A stretch of DNA of 64,000 bases from Promethearchaeota archaeon (GCA_019057795.1 JAHLWS010000049.1:1-64000), one strand, 5' to 3'; positions 18,774 through 29,331 are shown, numbered from the stretch's first letter. Notes: a model not told the origin generated them from the letters alone. Made by a program: numbers and translations.

Positions 18774-20093
18774 CTATACGCCCGTCATCTTGTAAATTTG
18801 ACGTAACGCCATGCTTAGAATGTATTGTTGTATTTGCCGGCTGCCACCTACGATCTCTTGAATTCTGGAGATGTTTAATAGGTCGTGCATAAGGGTGTTG
18901 TCACACAAACCAGCTCCGCCCATAAGATTTGCGGCTTCATAGCAAATTTCTTTCGAAAGAGCACATGTATGATATTTATACATGCTTGCACCAGCTACCA
19001 TAGCTTGAGCAAGGTTTTTTGGAAGTTCTCCTCCAAACTGTTCAACCTTCTCGTCGTATTTTTCACAAAACCTCAGCAGCCCTTGGGTAACATTTGATAA
19101 TCTTGCCCAAAGATCAGTTAAAAGAAATCCTACGCCCTGGAATTTCAAAATCATTTGATTGAACTGCTTTCTGTTGTTAACATATATGGCCGCATGAGCT
19201 ATTGCGTTCCAAGATTGCGATGTAGCATCGAGGGCGATACCTATCCTTTCAGGTACTAACCCTTCAAATAAGTGCTCGCGTCCTTTTCCTACGCCGCCTA
19301 ACAAGTAATCCTTAGGCACTCTAAGATCTGTAAAGTATTCGTGACCTAGCCATACTTTTGGGACCCAAGGGATCATAACGCGATCGCAACTCCAACCGTC
19401 CCACGAGGTATCGATTAGGAACTGAGCCATCGTGTTCCCGTTGTTTTTCTCTGCTGTAGCATAAGCTACAACGTATCCCGCTTTAGGTCCATTAGTACTA
19501 TAAATCTTCTCTCCGTTGAGAAGAAAAGATCCGTCGTCCTGCTCGTCGCACGTGGTTAACATGTGTACTGCGTCCGAGCCCCTTTCTGGTTCGGTGATTA
19601 ATATTGCTCCTGGCGTTTCGCCTGTTACAAATTTTTTTAAGATTTCTAATCTAATAGGTATATTTTCGTGATGAAAATAGACCGGATTAATAGCTAGTAT
19701 TGTAGCACCCCCTGCCATAGAAAACTGAGGGTCAAAGAAACTTAAGGCTAAACATCTCATTAATTCTATTGCTAATCCATTGTCTGGAAAATTTAAGTCA
19801 ATTTCTTCGTAAGGATGAGCGCGTGAAATTAACCCTTCTTTTCCAAAATCGGGGATCCAATGATAAAATCCCTCGTCTGGGGCATGAGTGATGTTATTCT
19901 TTTTTTCATAGCGAACACAAAACTTTTCAGCTTTCCTAAGAAAGTTCATATGCTTTTGGTCTAAAACAGTCATTAAATTAGTATTCAAGAAAGCATATCG
20001 ATTCTTAAGGCTTAACTTCTCAAGAATTTCTTCACTAATGGCTTGGTCAATAAATCTGGTTTTTTTTTCGTTTTCCATAATTTTTACTACCAC
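18774..20093 (-). CDS. Acyl-CoA dehydrogenase (paralog 3)
   Basis: Same motifs as paralog 2, in tandem with it. Confidence 0.92.
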   Translation of the reverse strand: MVVKIMENEKKTRFIDQAISEEILEKLSLKNRYAFLNTNLMTVLDQKHMNFLRKAEKFCVRYEKKNNITHAPDEGFYHWIPDFGKEGLISRAHPYEEIDLNFPDNGLAIELMRCLALSFFDPQFSMAGGATILAINPVYFHHENIPIRLEILKKFVTGETPGAILITEPERGSDAVHMLTTCDEQDDGSFLLNGEKIYSTNGPKAGYVVAYATAEKNNGNTMAQFLIDTSWDGWSCDRVMIPWVPKVWLGHEYFTDLRVPKDYLLGGVGKGREHLFEGLVPERIGIALDATSQSWNAIAHAAIYVNNRKQFNQMILKFQGVGFLLTDLWARLSNVTQGLLRFCEKYDEKVEQFGGELPKNLAQAMVAGASMYKYHTCALSKEICYEAANLMGGAGLCDNTLMHDLLNISRIQEIVGGSRQIQQYILSMALRQIYKMTGV

Positions 20094-20298
20094 TTTTTGA
20101 CAATTTTATAATTTTATGTTAATTATATTCTACTATGAAGAATGTGATTTATCTTTTTAATTTACTTACTAGAAATTGTAATTTTAGGGTTCATTTAGAG
20201 AAAAATGGTTGATAATTTTTATCTTCCTATTTTCAAATTTAATAATAAAATGATTGGAAAATTAACATTCGAATAAATAAAAAGCATATTCAATGCTT

Positions 20299-21042
20299 TT
20301 ACATTATTATTTTTTTTAATCTGTTAGAAAATTTCTTAGAAATTATTAAGGCGGTTTCAAAAGGGCATTTCTTCTTGAATTGAATAACGGTAATAAAATT
20401 TTCAAATCCAACTAAAGATAAAATCCCGTAATCTTCGAGAGAAATTAATTCGTGTATTCGAGAATTTCCGATAATAAATCGGCTTTCTAGTAGCCTTATA
20501 ATTTCAGATAATACGTTAGAATTAAGGTAAGAGACTATTACTCTTCCTGTTTGAGTTAGTAATGCAGAAGATATGACGAAAGACGAGAAAGTATGGAGTT
20601 CTTTAAAAACTTCAATTAATTCCTTTTGAATTTCATCTGAAACTAGCTTTTTGCTTTCGATGATCTCATCAACATTTTTTTCAAAGTTTTGGTATTTTGA
20701 AACTTCACCATCAAAATTCTCAGTAAGCAGCTGCAAATCAAACTCGTTTAGGAATTCGCTTTTAATTTCTCTCAATTGATTCCTTAATTCGACGAGGTTA
20801 TCGGTTCTATCGCTAAATAAAGCGAACATTAATTCACTTGAATCAGCTTTTTCGACCTCAAAAATAAATCTAAAAGGTCCGACCTCTATTTCAGATAGCT
20901 CCTTAGTTTTCAGAGTTTGTTTAACAAAAGAAAAAATCGCACTTAAAAAGCTACTTGTCAGTTTAATGTTAAAAATATCTTCATATGTTTTATAAAAGAT
21001 TAGTTCCCCTGTAGATTTCATAATGAAGATATTTTTTATCAT
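20299..21042 (-). CDS. Longin-like plus roadblock-like domain protein
   Basis: MIKNIFIMKSTGELIFYKTY...LTSSFLSAIFSFVKQ is a longin pattern. C-terminal VISSALLTQTGRVIVS is a roadblock pattern. Confidence 0.7.
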   Translation of the reverse strand: MIKNIFIMKSTGELIFYKTYEDIFNIKLTSSFLSAIFSFVKQTLKTKELSEIEVGPFRFIFEVEKADSSELMFALFSDRTDNLVELRNQLREIKSEFLNEFDLQLLTENFDGEVSKYQNFEKNVDEIIESKKLVSDEIQKELIEVFKELHTFSSFVISSALLTQTGRVIVSYLNSNVLSEIIRLLESRFIIGNSRIHELISLEDYGILSLVGFENFITVIQFKKKCPFETALIISKKFSNRLKKIIM

Positions 21043-21271
21043 GCGAGTTCAAAAAATAAATTTATTTTACCCAATAATACAGATTTTATACTCTTTTAAT
21101 AAAAGTTTAAGTTTAAAAATTCTTGTATAATTCGTTCTTATAACATTAACGCAATAGAATTACACATTTTTTTCAAAAATTTAATTTGACGAAAATGTTA
21201 GTTTAACAGTTTAACTAAATTGTAATATCCCAAATTAAGGTTTTTATTTTTTATTTGAGAAATGATAAAAT

Positions 21272-22036
21272 TTAGAACCCATCAAATTTAGCCCATTCGT
21301 CGTCGTCTTCGAATTCGTCTTCTTCTTCACGAAAATCTTCAGCTTTTTTTGCCTTAGTCCCTTCAGTTGATTCTTCTTCGTACTCATCATAATCGTCGTC
21401 AAAACTTATGGCTTTATCTAAGTCCGTAGCTATTTCGACTTCGCTAATTTTTATTTCAGGGATTGGTTCTTCTTCGCGCTTTTTCTTTCCAACAAGTTTC
21501 AGATAGTCTCCATGAATTTTAATTGTAATAGGTGTTTCTTCTTGTAGAAGGCGCACTACCACTTCCTCACTGCTCGATGTATCGTGTGGCATACGCATTA
21601 CAATCGCTCTGGAGCCTTCAAATACGCCGCTTATAATTTCAACTGTATCGCCCGATTCTAAATATTCGGTAACACTCCTTGGGAGTAGTACGTGTTTTAA
21701 CTCGACTAATTCAATATTTTGAACGATCCTTCCTTTTATATGAGGTATACCTTGTACTGCAATTTGGACCGCCCTCTTCTGGGGCGCTTCAAAGAACACA
21801 TAGCCTGGTAATAAAGGGGATACGAGCATTGCCCTAATATCAGGAACAATATCCAAGATTTTAAATCTGTAGAAAATTTGTTTTAAAATATTGCTCTCTT
21901 GGTTAATTGTAGTCCTTACAGCAAAGAGAGTAGTAGAAGGTTCTTGATCTTCTTCTTTCTCGATAATAATTAAATTATCTTCTAAATCTATTCCTTCTTT
22001 TTCACTCTCTTTTACATTATCCTCTTGATCCACCAT
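21272..22036 (-). CDS. spt5: Transcription elongation factor Spt5 (NusG family)
   Basis: NGN domain FAVRTTINQE...LPGYVFFEA and KOW domain GDTVEIISGVFEG; acidic extensions at both ends. Confidence 0.9.
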   Translation of the reverse strand: MVDQEDNVKESEKEGIDLEDNLIIIEKEEDQEPSTTLFAVRTTINQESNILKQIFYRFKILDIVPDIRAMLVSPLLPGYVFFEAPQKRAVQIAVQGIPHIKGRIVQNIELVELKHVLLPRSVTEYLESGDTVEIISGVFEGSRAIVMRMPHDTSSSEEVVVRLLQEETPITIKIHGDYLKLVGKKKREEEPIPEIKISEVEIATDLDKAISFDDDYDEYEEESTEGTKAKKAEDFREEEDEFEDDDEWAKFDGF

Positions 22037-22216
22037 ACCTTTTCACTTTTCCTTATTTGAATTATCCAAGTTTAAGATGTTTAAATAACAATTTCTTAGA
22101 AAAGAAGTTTATGATCTAAAGGAAATTCTAAATTAAAAAATTTTGCTTTTTAAAGAGATTTTAAAAATAAGCGTAAAATTCTGCCTGTTATGAACAATTA
22201 AAGATATTTTAAGCTT

Positions 22217-22597
22217 TTAAAAAGGAATATTATTTATATCTAATATTTCTGGAATTCTTCTGTTTCGCTCAAGCCAAGAAATTTCAGCATTAGTATATCG
22301 CCAAGTAATTTCACATTTACCCAACTTACCTTCTACTTTCGTTTCCCAATCCCAAGGAGATATTACTATCAAATCACCTTTTCTTATCCATACCCTTTTT
22401 TTAATTTTACCACGAATTCTACCTATTCTATGTTCACCATCTTGACAAAATACGCCCATTCGTTCACTACCATATATATCAACAACTCTAGCAAACATTT
22501 CTCCAATTCGGGTATTTGGGAATTTTACGCGTGTAATTACTGGGGGTATATAAGGACCTCTACTCTTCCCCCTCTTCGCTTGTTTTTTTTTAGCCAC
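22217..22597 (-). CDS. eif1a: Translation initiation factor aIF-1A
   Basis: CQDGEHRIGRIRGKIKKRVWIRKGDLIVISPWDW...ITWRY. Confidence 0.95.
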   Translation of the reverse strand: MAKKKQAKRGKSRGPYIPPVITRVKFPNTRIGEMFARVVDIYGSERMGVFCQDGEHRIGRIRGKIKKRVWIRKGDLIVISPWDWETKVEGKLGKCEITWRYTNAEISWLERNRRIPEILDINNIPF

Positions 22598-22629
22598 AAT
22601 TTTTTACCTTTTATTTTCAATTTATAAAA

Positions 22630-22965
22630 TTAAAACTTATCTTCAGGTTTATATTCTCCTTTAATAAATACTATTTTTGCATTTTTATCAGAATCATTAC
22701 GAATATTATGCATTTCTTTTGGTTCAATTAAGAATACGCTTCCTTCTGGAGCGTCGTATTCTTTATCGTCTATAATCATAATGCCATTACCGTCAATAAA
22801 ATAGAAAGTTTCGTCAATAAAGTTATGTCCATGAGATTTTTCGGCCATAGATTCGCCTGGTTTGAGCAAAATTAAACCCCAATCAATGCTAGGCCCGCGC
22901 ATTAAATATTTTACGCCAGAATCTCCTTCTCTATACTTAAAGTCGTTTTCGTTAACGCGTTTAAT
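22630..22965 (-). CDS. Cupin-domain protein
   Basis: HGHNFIDETFY...EPKEMHNI metal motifs. The frame extends upstream as IKRVNENDFKYREGDSGVKYLMRGP to ATT at 22965. Confidence 0.8.
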   Translation of the reverse strand: MKRVNENDFKYREGDSGVKYLMRGPSIDWGLILLKPGESMAEKSHGHNFIDETFYFIDGNGIMIIDDKEYDAPEGSVFLIEPKEMHNIRNDSDKNAKIVFIKGEYKPEDKF

Positions 22966-23040
22966 TTTTTATCACTAATTCTTTTATTATAAATCAAATT
23001 ATCAAAATTAAATTAAGTTAAAAATTTTATTATAAATGAT

Positions 23041-24228
23041 ATGTTTTTAACTTTTAAATTTGCAAGTATCCCGCATATAATTTTTGGTGCCAGAAAGTTA
23101 AATGAACTATATAACATAATACCAAAATTCGGAAAAAATGTTCTTTATGTAATTGGAGGAAAGTCGCTTAAGGAATCGGGTAAATGGGACGAGATTGTGA
23201 ATGCGATGGAAAAGAAATCGGTAAATATTTCGATAATTTCGATTTATGGAGAACCTACACCAACGCTTATTGACGAAGCTGTAGCGAAGTATAGAAGTAA
23301 AAACATAGATTTAGTCGTAGGAATTGGTGGGGGAAGCGTTACTGACGCGGGTAAAGCGATTTCAGCAATGATTCCTAAAGAAGATTCAATTATGAACTAC
23401 CTCGAGGGTGTTGGGAATAAAATACACGATGGAAAAAAAATACCGTATATTGCGGTTCCTACAACATCGGGTACCGGTAGTGAGGTAACAAAAAATGCGG
23501 TTATTTCTGAGGTGGGCCCTGAAGGTTTTAAGAAATCTCTTCGCCACGATAACTTAATCCCAAATTATGCCATTATCGACCCCGAACTTGTATTATCTAG
23601 CCCTTCTTCTGTGTCTGCTGCCTGTGGAATGGATGCTTTTACGCAACTAATAGAGGCATATGTTTCACCTCTAGCAAGCCCTATCACTGACGCTTTAGCT
23701 TTTGCGGGCATGAGATATGTGAAAGACGCAATAATACCTGCTTGTAGTACTCACGCTTTGGATATAGGCGTAAGATCTGCTATGGCGTACGGTTCTTTGA
23801 TGTCAGGGATTGCCCTTGCAAACGCAGGATTAGGCATTGTTCACGGATTAGCGTCGGCTTTAGGAGGATTATTTGAAATCCCTCACGGTGTAGTGTGTGG
23901 AACGCTTCTTGCAGAAAGTACAAAGATGAACATCACGCAATTGCAAAAGATTGGCGACGCTGGTAAAAAGGGATTATTAAAATATGCCATGGTTGGGGCT
24001 TTACTTGCTGGTAAGGAAAGGTATGAAAATATTGATGTTTCTAACTATTGTTCAATATTAATTGATACTCTTGAAAAATGGACAAATGATTTAAACATCG
24101 ATCGTCTAGGAAATTATGGTGTTACAATCAAAGAAGCCGATAAAATTGTAAAAAAGGCAGGATTGAAAAATAATCCAGTGCAACTTAGACGAGATGATAT
24201 AATGGAGATAGTGCGAAATCGTATCTAA
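23041..24228 (+). CDS. Iron-containing alcohol dehydrogenase
   Basis: GGGSVTDAGK, VPTTSGTGSEVT, GMDAFTQ, GIVHGLA, PHGVVC. Confidence 0.93.
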   Translation: MFLTFKFASIPHIIFGARKLNELYNIIPKFGKNVLYVIGGKSLKESGKWDEIVNAMEKKSVNISIISIYGEPTPTLIDEAVAKYRSKNIDLVVGIGGGSVTDAGKAISAMIPKEDSIMNYLEGVGNKIHDGKKIPYIAVPTTSGTGSEVTKNAVISEVGPEGFKKSLRHDNLIPNYAIIDPELVLSSPSSVSAACGMDAFTQLIEAYVSPLASPITDALAFAGMRYVKDAIIPACSTHALDIGVRSAMAYGSLMSGIALANAGLGIVHGLASALGGLFEIPHGVVCGTLLAESTKMNITQLQKIGDAGKKGLLKYAMVGALLAGKERYENIDVSNYCSILIDTLEKWTNDLNIDRLGNYGVTIKEADKIVKKAGLKNNPVQLRRDDIMEIVRNRI

Positions 24229-24258
24229 AAGAGCACCACAATAAAATCTTGATAAATT

Positions 24259-24774
24259 TCAGAATTTTTTAATAATTTCTTTTGTCAATAATTCGAACGC
24301 TAAATCTGTATTTTCTCCCGTTTTACTTGAAATTCGCAAGTAATCAAACATCTCGTAATACTCCTTTACTTCCAAAACATATGTGTCGTTTATCGTTATC
24401 ATATCTGTCAAATCTGCTTTTGAGCCAAGTAAAAGAATAGGTAAATCAAGATTTTCCATTCGACAGAGTTTAACCCACTCATCAATACTATTTAAAGAAA
24501 AGGGCCTTGTTAGATCGAAAAGAAATAAAGCTCCTTTTGCACCCATCATGTAATTCTTGAGGAGAAATCTAAACCTTTCTTGTCCTCCAAAATCCCATAT
24601 TTGTAACAAAATTTTATTACCGTCTAAATCAATCTCTTTTAGAAAAAATTCAACTCCTAGCGTCATTTTTGTGTCTGCTAAAAATTTTCCCTCGACATAA
24701 CGATGAAGAAGCGTAGTCTTACCAACGCCCCCTTCTCCAGTTGTGATGATTTTTAGTACAATAGGTTTAGACAT
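24259..24774 (-). CDS. Rab-like small GTPase
   Basis: GEGGVGKT, TLGVEF, WDFGGQERFR, GSKAD, SSKTG; no C-terminal Cys motif. Confidence 0.92.
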   Translation of the reverse strand: MSKPIVLKIITTGEGGVGKTTLLHRYVEGKFLADTKMTLGVEFFLKEIDLDGNKILLQIWDFGGQERFRFLLKNYMMGAKGALFLFDLTRPFSLNSIDEWVKLCRMENLDLPILLLGSKADLTDMITINDTYVLEVKEYYEMFDYLRISSKTGENTDLAFELLTKEIIKKF

Positions 24775-24954
24775 CTGATTACCACAATTATTATGTGAGC
24801 TTCAAAATTTTAAGCATTTAACTTTAAATTCAATAAGACTTGTAAACAACAACAAAAATAATTAATATTATTGAAATTTTAAAGAGTAATAAAGTTTTAT
24901 AATTAAAGCAAAAGAGACCTCATCCATATATGGATCTAAATATCTAAGCCATCT

Positions 24955-25386
24955 TTAATCGAAAGAAAGATATCTTTTCTGTCGTAAAAAAATCGTGCTG
25001 ACTTCCATTTTCTTTGCTTTCCTACGCAATTCTGCGTCGTTAGTAGCTAAAAAGACTCTTTTACTTCTACTTTTTAACTCCATACAAGACTTTAATAAAA
25101 AATTATCTGTAGTTTCAACTTTTAATTTTATGTTTTGTTTGTAATCAATATTATATTTTTCGTTATTTTTTTCTAAATATAAAAGTCCAGCCTTAAAATT
25201 CATGTGAAATTTTCTAGCTTCTGGTTCTCGACTCTTTTTAGCTTCTAGTTCGTCGAGAATTTGCTTATAAACGATAAAAATAGTTTTTCCTTCTAAACTC
25301 GCGTCTATTTCGTATAGATAATCTATTTTAAATTGAAATGGGAGTAAAATAAAGTTGGCATCTATTACGATTAAATTTTCTAACAT
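24955..25386 (-). CDS. PIN-domain protein (Fcf1/Utp24-like)
   Basis: IVIDANFILLP, ILDELE, TDNFL, LATNDAELRRKA. Confidence 0.85.
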   Translation of the reverse strand: MLENLIVIDANFILLPFQFKIDYLYEIDASLEGKTIFIVYKQILDELEAKKSREPEARKFHMNFKAGLLYLEKNNEKYNIDYKQNIKLKVETTDNFLLKSCMELKSRSKRVFLATNDAELRRKAKKMEVSTIFLRQKRYLSFD

Positions 25387-25409
25387 TATTTGACATATAG
25401 GTTAAGAAT

Positions 25410-25931
25410 TTAATAATTTTGGCGTTCTAATATTTTTTTCGTTAATAAATCAAAAGCAATATTTACATTATCTCCAGATTTGCTCGAAACCTTTAAATAA
25501 TCAAAAAAATCTAATGCTTCTTTAAATTCCAAAGCGTAATCATCATCAACCATAATATCATCAACTAAATCAGTTTTAGTCCCTAAAAAGAGAATTGGTA
25601 AATTGGGATCGTTCTTTCTACAGATTTCAACCCATTGTTCTAATTTTTCTAAGGTAATTGGGCGGGTTAGGTCAAAAAGTAATAATGCGCCTTTAGCTCC
25701 TAAAACATAGCTTTCTAATAGAAATCTAAATCGTTGCTGACCTCCAAAATCCCACAATTGCAGTGTACAGTTATGACTATTGACTTCTACCTCTTTAAGG
25801 AAAAATTCGACACCGATAGTCATACGAGTTTCGGCACTGAATTTTCCATCCACAAATCTATGAAGAAGCGTGGTTTTTCCTACACCACCTTCGCCAGCAA
25901 GGAGAATCTTTAAGATAAACTTTTTAGTCAT
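25410..25931 (-). CDS. Rab-like small GTPase
   Basis: GEGGVGKT, TIGVEF, WDFGGQQRFR, GTKTD, SSKSG; paralog of 24259-24774. Confidence 0.92.
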   Translation of the reverse strand: MTKKFILKILLAGEGGVGKTTLLHRFVDGKFSAETRMTIGVEFFLKEVEVNSHNCTLQLWDFGGQQRFRFLLESYVLGAKGALLLFDLTRPITLEKLEQWVEICRKNDPNLPILFLGTKTDLVDDIMVDDDYALEFKEALDFFDYLKVSSKSGDNVNIAFDLLTKKILERQNY

Positions 25932-26168
25932 AATACAATCGCATAATTGAATAATCTAATATAAATTTGAAATAGAAGCTTAAAAGAACACCTTAATTTG
26001 TAATCAAATTTTAAGTATTTAACTTAATATAGATATTATACAAAAATTTTCTTATATAATTCTTTTTAATTACAAAAGAAATCGGAAACACCATTGAACA
26101 ATTAATATTTATTCTAAAATTTCTTATAATTAATTGCACTTTTCTAAAATCAATTATTATAACCAATA

Positions 26169-26456
26169 GTGTTGAGAATGAAAAAGATAATACCAACTGA
26201 GGAAGAGTTAACTAAATTACAAGTTAAATCATGGGGCATTTGGGAAAAAGAGAAGAGTATTTTTGATTGGTCTTACGATAGTACGGAAACTTGTTACATA
26301 TTAGAAGGAGAAGTCGAAGTAACGGATAATACAACTGGGGAAAAACTAGAATTTAAAAAAGGAGATTTAGTACAATTTCCTAAAGGGTTAAAATGCGTTT
26401 GGAACGTTAAGAAACCCGTAAAGAAATATTATAATTTTGGAGATTTAGATATTTAG
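26169..26456 (+). CDS. Cupin_3 (DUF861) family protein
   Basis: WGIWEKE...FDWSY...ETCYILEGEV...GDLVQFPKG...W. Confidence 0.88.
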   Translation: MLRMKKIIPTEEELTKLQVKSWGIWEKEKSIFDWSYDSTETCYILEGEVEVTDNTTGEKLEFKKGDLVQFPKGLKCVWNVKKPVKKYYNFGDLDI

Positions 26457-26629
26457 TTTGAATTAACTCAATTTTTTTTCTATCTTATTTTTTAATTATT
26501 TTTTCGATATTTGATAAAATTATTATATAATTAACTGACGAATTATTAATCGAGGTTAATACTTGTGCAATTCTATTTTAATAAAATAGGTTTAAATAAA
26601 ATAAAAATATCTAACAAGGGGCAAATCTA

Positions 26630-28738
26630 ATGGAGGAATTAGAAAGTAAACCATTTCTTCTTGAAAAGAATATTAAAATCTTTTTTGACGGTATCCCAAT
26701 ACCCTCTTATGTTTGGCAAGAGAAAAATAACAATTTTATACTAATTGATTATAACAAAGCAGCTGAAAAAGTAACTAACGGAAAGATTAAGGATCTTTTA
26801 CATAAGAAAGCATCTGAAGTTCATGAAGATAGACCAGATATTATTGAAGCGTTAAATCAATGCTTTCAAGAGAAAAAAAGTATTTATAAAATATCTGAAT
26901 ATATTATGAAAACAACTGGCGAAGAAGTTTACATCTCCCTTAAGATGCATTTTCTACCACCCGATTTGATAATTGTTCATATAAATGATATAACGCAATG
27001 GAAACTAGCGGAAAAAAAGCTTATGGATTCTGAAGAAAAATATAGACAATTATTCAAACATTCACCTGAATCAATTGCGCTATTAAAATTAAATGGGACA
27101 ATATTCGATGTTAATCTTGCAACAGAAGTTATATCTGGTTATACAAAAGACGAATTACTAAACAAGAATTTTTTGAAGTTAGCAGCGTACCCTTCAAACC
27201 GTATTCCATTATTTAAATCAATAATATCTCGTTTATTGGAGGGAAAACCTATTAAACCTATTGAATTTGAAATAAATAAAAAAGACGGAAGTAAAGCATG
27301 GATAAGTTCTCAAATCTCATTGATAAATTTCGGTGAAGAGCAATTAATTCAAGCGTTTATAATCGATATCACAGAACGTAAAAATTTCGAACAAAAAATT
27401 AAGAGAAAACTTGAAAACGAAAAATTCATCTCTACCATTTCGTCAAGACTTATTGGTAATATTGATATTGATAAGGCAATTAGCGAATCGCTTCTTGATA
27501 TGGGAATTCTAATTGGTGCTACACGGGCATATATTTTACTGTTTAACGAAAAAGATATTCTTGAATTTTATATCCAAGAATGGTGCGCTAAGGGAATAGA
27601 ACCCCAAATGATCAACTTAACAACTATAGATTATAAAAATTTTGCTTGGAGTTCGAAGCAAAGTAGAGAAACAAATTTTATTTTTATTAAAGATGTATCA
27701 GAATTACCAGAAGAAGCAAGCGCAACAAAAAGAGAATTAGAAAAATTGAAGATTAATTCCTTGCTTGTTTTTCCAATTAAAATTAAAAATGAATTATATG
27801 GGTTCATGGGATTTGATAATATTGAACGGGTAAGTAAATGGGAAGAAGAAGATTTGTGTTTACTCAAAACTACATCTGAAATTATTAGTAACGCTTTAGA
27901 ACGCAAATGGTCCGAGGAAACATTGAAAGGAAGCCATCAATTACTAGCAGGGATCATTTCTTCTTTAACAGATACGATTTATCTTGTAGATAATGATTTA
28001 AATATTATTTGGGTTAATAATGTAGCAAAACAAACATTTGGAATGCAATTAACTGGTAAAAAATGTTACAATGTTTTAATGCACCGCGGTAAACCGTGTA
28101 AAGAGTGTATGGCCCTAAAAACCTTTTTAGATGGAAAAATACACGAGAAAGAAAAAGAATATATCGACATAATTGGGAACAAAATGGTCTGTTGGACTAC
28201 TTCAAGTGCAGCTGGATTAAACCTCGAAGGAGAAACAGAACTGGCAATTGTGATAATCCGCGACACTACGGCACGTAAATTAACAGAAGATTCATTAAAA
28301 CAATCTGAAATTAGTTTGAAATTATTAAACGAAACCCTAGTCCTTAAAGTTGAGGAAAAAACTCGAGAATTAAAGGAATCAGAAAAAAAATATAAAAGAA
28401 TGTTAAACGATTTAGATGTAGGATTTTATAAAGGAGAGTTCAAGGAGAAGTTATTAATGCACAATGCGGCGCTTAATAAGATATTAGGTTTGAGTGAATC
28501 CATATCGCTGGTTGGCTCTAAATCTTCCCAATTATTTGTGGACGCAAATGATCAAAAAAAATATTATAAAGATTTATTAGAAAAGGGTTATGTTAGAAAT
28601 TTTATCTCTCAAATTAAAACTCCTGATGGAAAGATAATAAATATCCAATTAAATTCTCATCTAATAAGGGATGATAAAGGCAATCCCAAAGAAGTCGAAG
28701 GTACGGTCATTAAATTAACAAACAATATTAAAAATTAA
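26630..28738 (+). CDS. Multi-PAS/GAF sensory protein without a recognisable output domain
   Basis: Repeated PAS/PAC signatures (YNKAAE, DITQWK, DITERK, RDTTARK) and a GAF segment (LLVFPI...LYGFMGFD). No H-box or HATPase domain. Confidence 0.8.
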   Translation: MEELESKPFLLEKNIKIFFDGIPIPSYVWQEKNNNFILIDYNKAAEKVTNGKIKDLLHKKASEVHEDRPDIIEALNQCFQEKKSIYKISEYIMKTTGEEVYISLKMHFLPPDLIIVHINDITQWKLAEKKLMDSEEKYRQLFKHSPESIALLKLNGTIFDVNLATEVISGYTKDELLNKNFLKLAAYPSNRIPLFKSIISRLLEGKPIKPIEFEINKKDGSKAWISSQISLINFGEEQLIQAFIIDITERKNFEQKIKRKLENEKFISTISSRLIGNIDIDKAISESLLDMGILIGATRAYILLFNEKDILEFYIQEWCAKGIEPQMINLTTIDYKNFAWSSKQSRETNFIFIKDVSELPEEASATKRELEKLKINSLLVFPIKIKNELYGFMGFDNIERVSKWEEEDLCLLKTTSEIISNALERKWSEETLKGSHQLLAGIISSLTDTIYLVDNDLNIIWVNNVAKQTFGMQLTGKKCYNVLMHRGKPCKECMALKTFLDGKIHEKEKEYIDIIGNKMVCWTTSSAAGLNLEGETELAIVIIRDTTARKLTEDSLKQSEISLKLLNETLVLKVEEKTRELKESEKKYKRMLNDLDVGFYKGEFKEKLLMHNAALNKILGLSESISLVGSKSSQLFVDANDQKKYYKDLLEKGYVRNFISQIKTPDGKIINIQLNSHLIRDDKGNPKEVEGTVIKLTNNIKN

Positions 28739-28776
28739 TCTAAAAGAAAGAAAATATTAAAAAAAATCCATTTAAC

Positions 28777-29331
28777 TCACGAATACCTTTGTTTGTCTCG
28801 ATATTCTTTAACGGAAACTTCTCGTGCCTCTAACCTATTATTTTCTACTAAAGTTTCTTCGATAGCTTTAATTTCATCTCTAGTCTTAATATCGCTTTTT
28901 TTAAGTTTCTCAAGAATTTCTTTTTCTCCTAATCCCTTAGTATAATACACCCTAAATTTTTCAACGGTCTCCTCGTTGTAAAAAACATAGTGTCTATTCG
29001 TAAAAATAATCAACCAATTCTTCTTGCTTTGCTTTTTCGATAAATTGTGCATCTTTTCTTGGATTTGGGGTAAGGAACGTTTAAGCTTTCTGGCAACCAT
29101 TTTATCTTCGATTGAGCTATAATCCGATAAAAATTTTTTGAGCTTTTTATTAAAAAATAGGGTTGGAATGTAAGAAAGCGCAAATAGCACCATAGTTATA
29201 ACAGTCATTATTATTGCTGCTAGTTGATAAAATATAAAAACGATAAGAATTGCAATAATAAGAAATATAAACCATTTTCTTCCAATTGTCTTTAGTATTT
29301 TTACGAATTTGCTAGGCATACAAATCTTCAA
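28777..29331 (-). CDS. Hypothetical membrane-anchored protein
   Basis: Two N-terminal hydrophobic helices followed by a basic soluble domain. Confidence 0.6.
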   Translation of the reverse strand: MKICMPSKFVKILKTIGRKWFIFLIIAILIVFIFYQLAAIIMTVITMVLFALSYIPTLFFNKKLKKFLSDYSSIEDKMVARKLKRSLPQIQEKMHNLSKKQSKKNWLIIFTNRHYVFYNEETVEKFRVYYTKGLGEKEILEKLKKSDIKTRDEIKAIEETLVENNRLEAREVSVKEYRDKQRYS

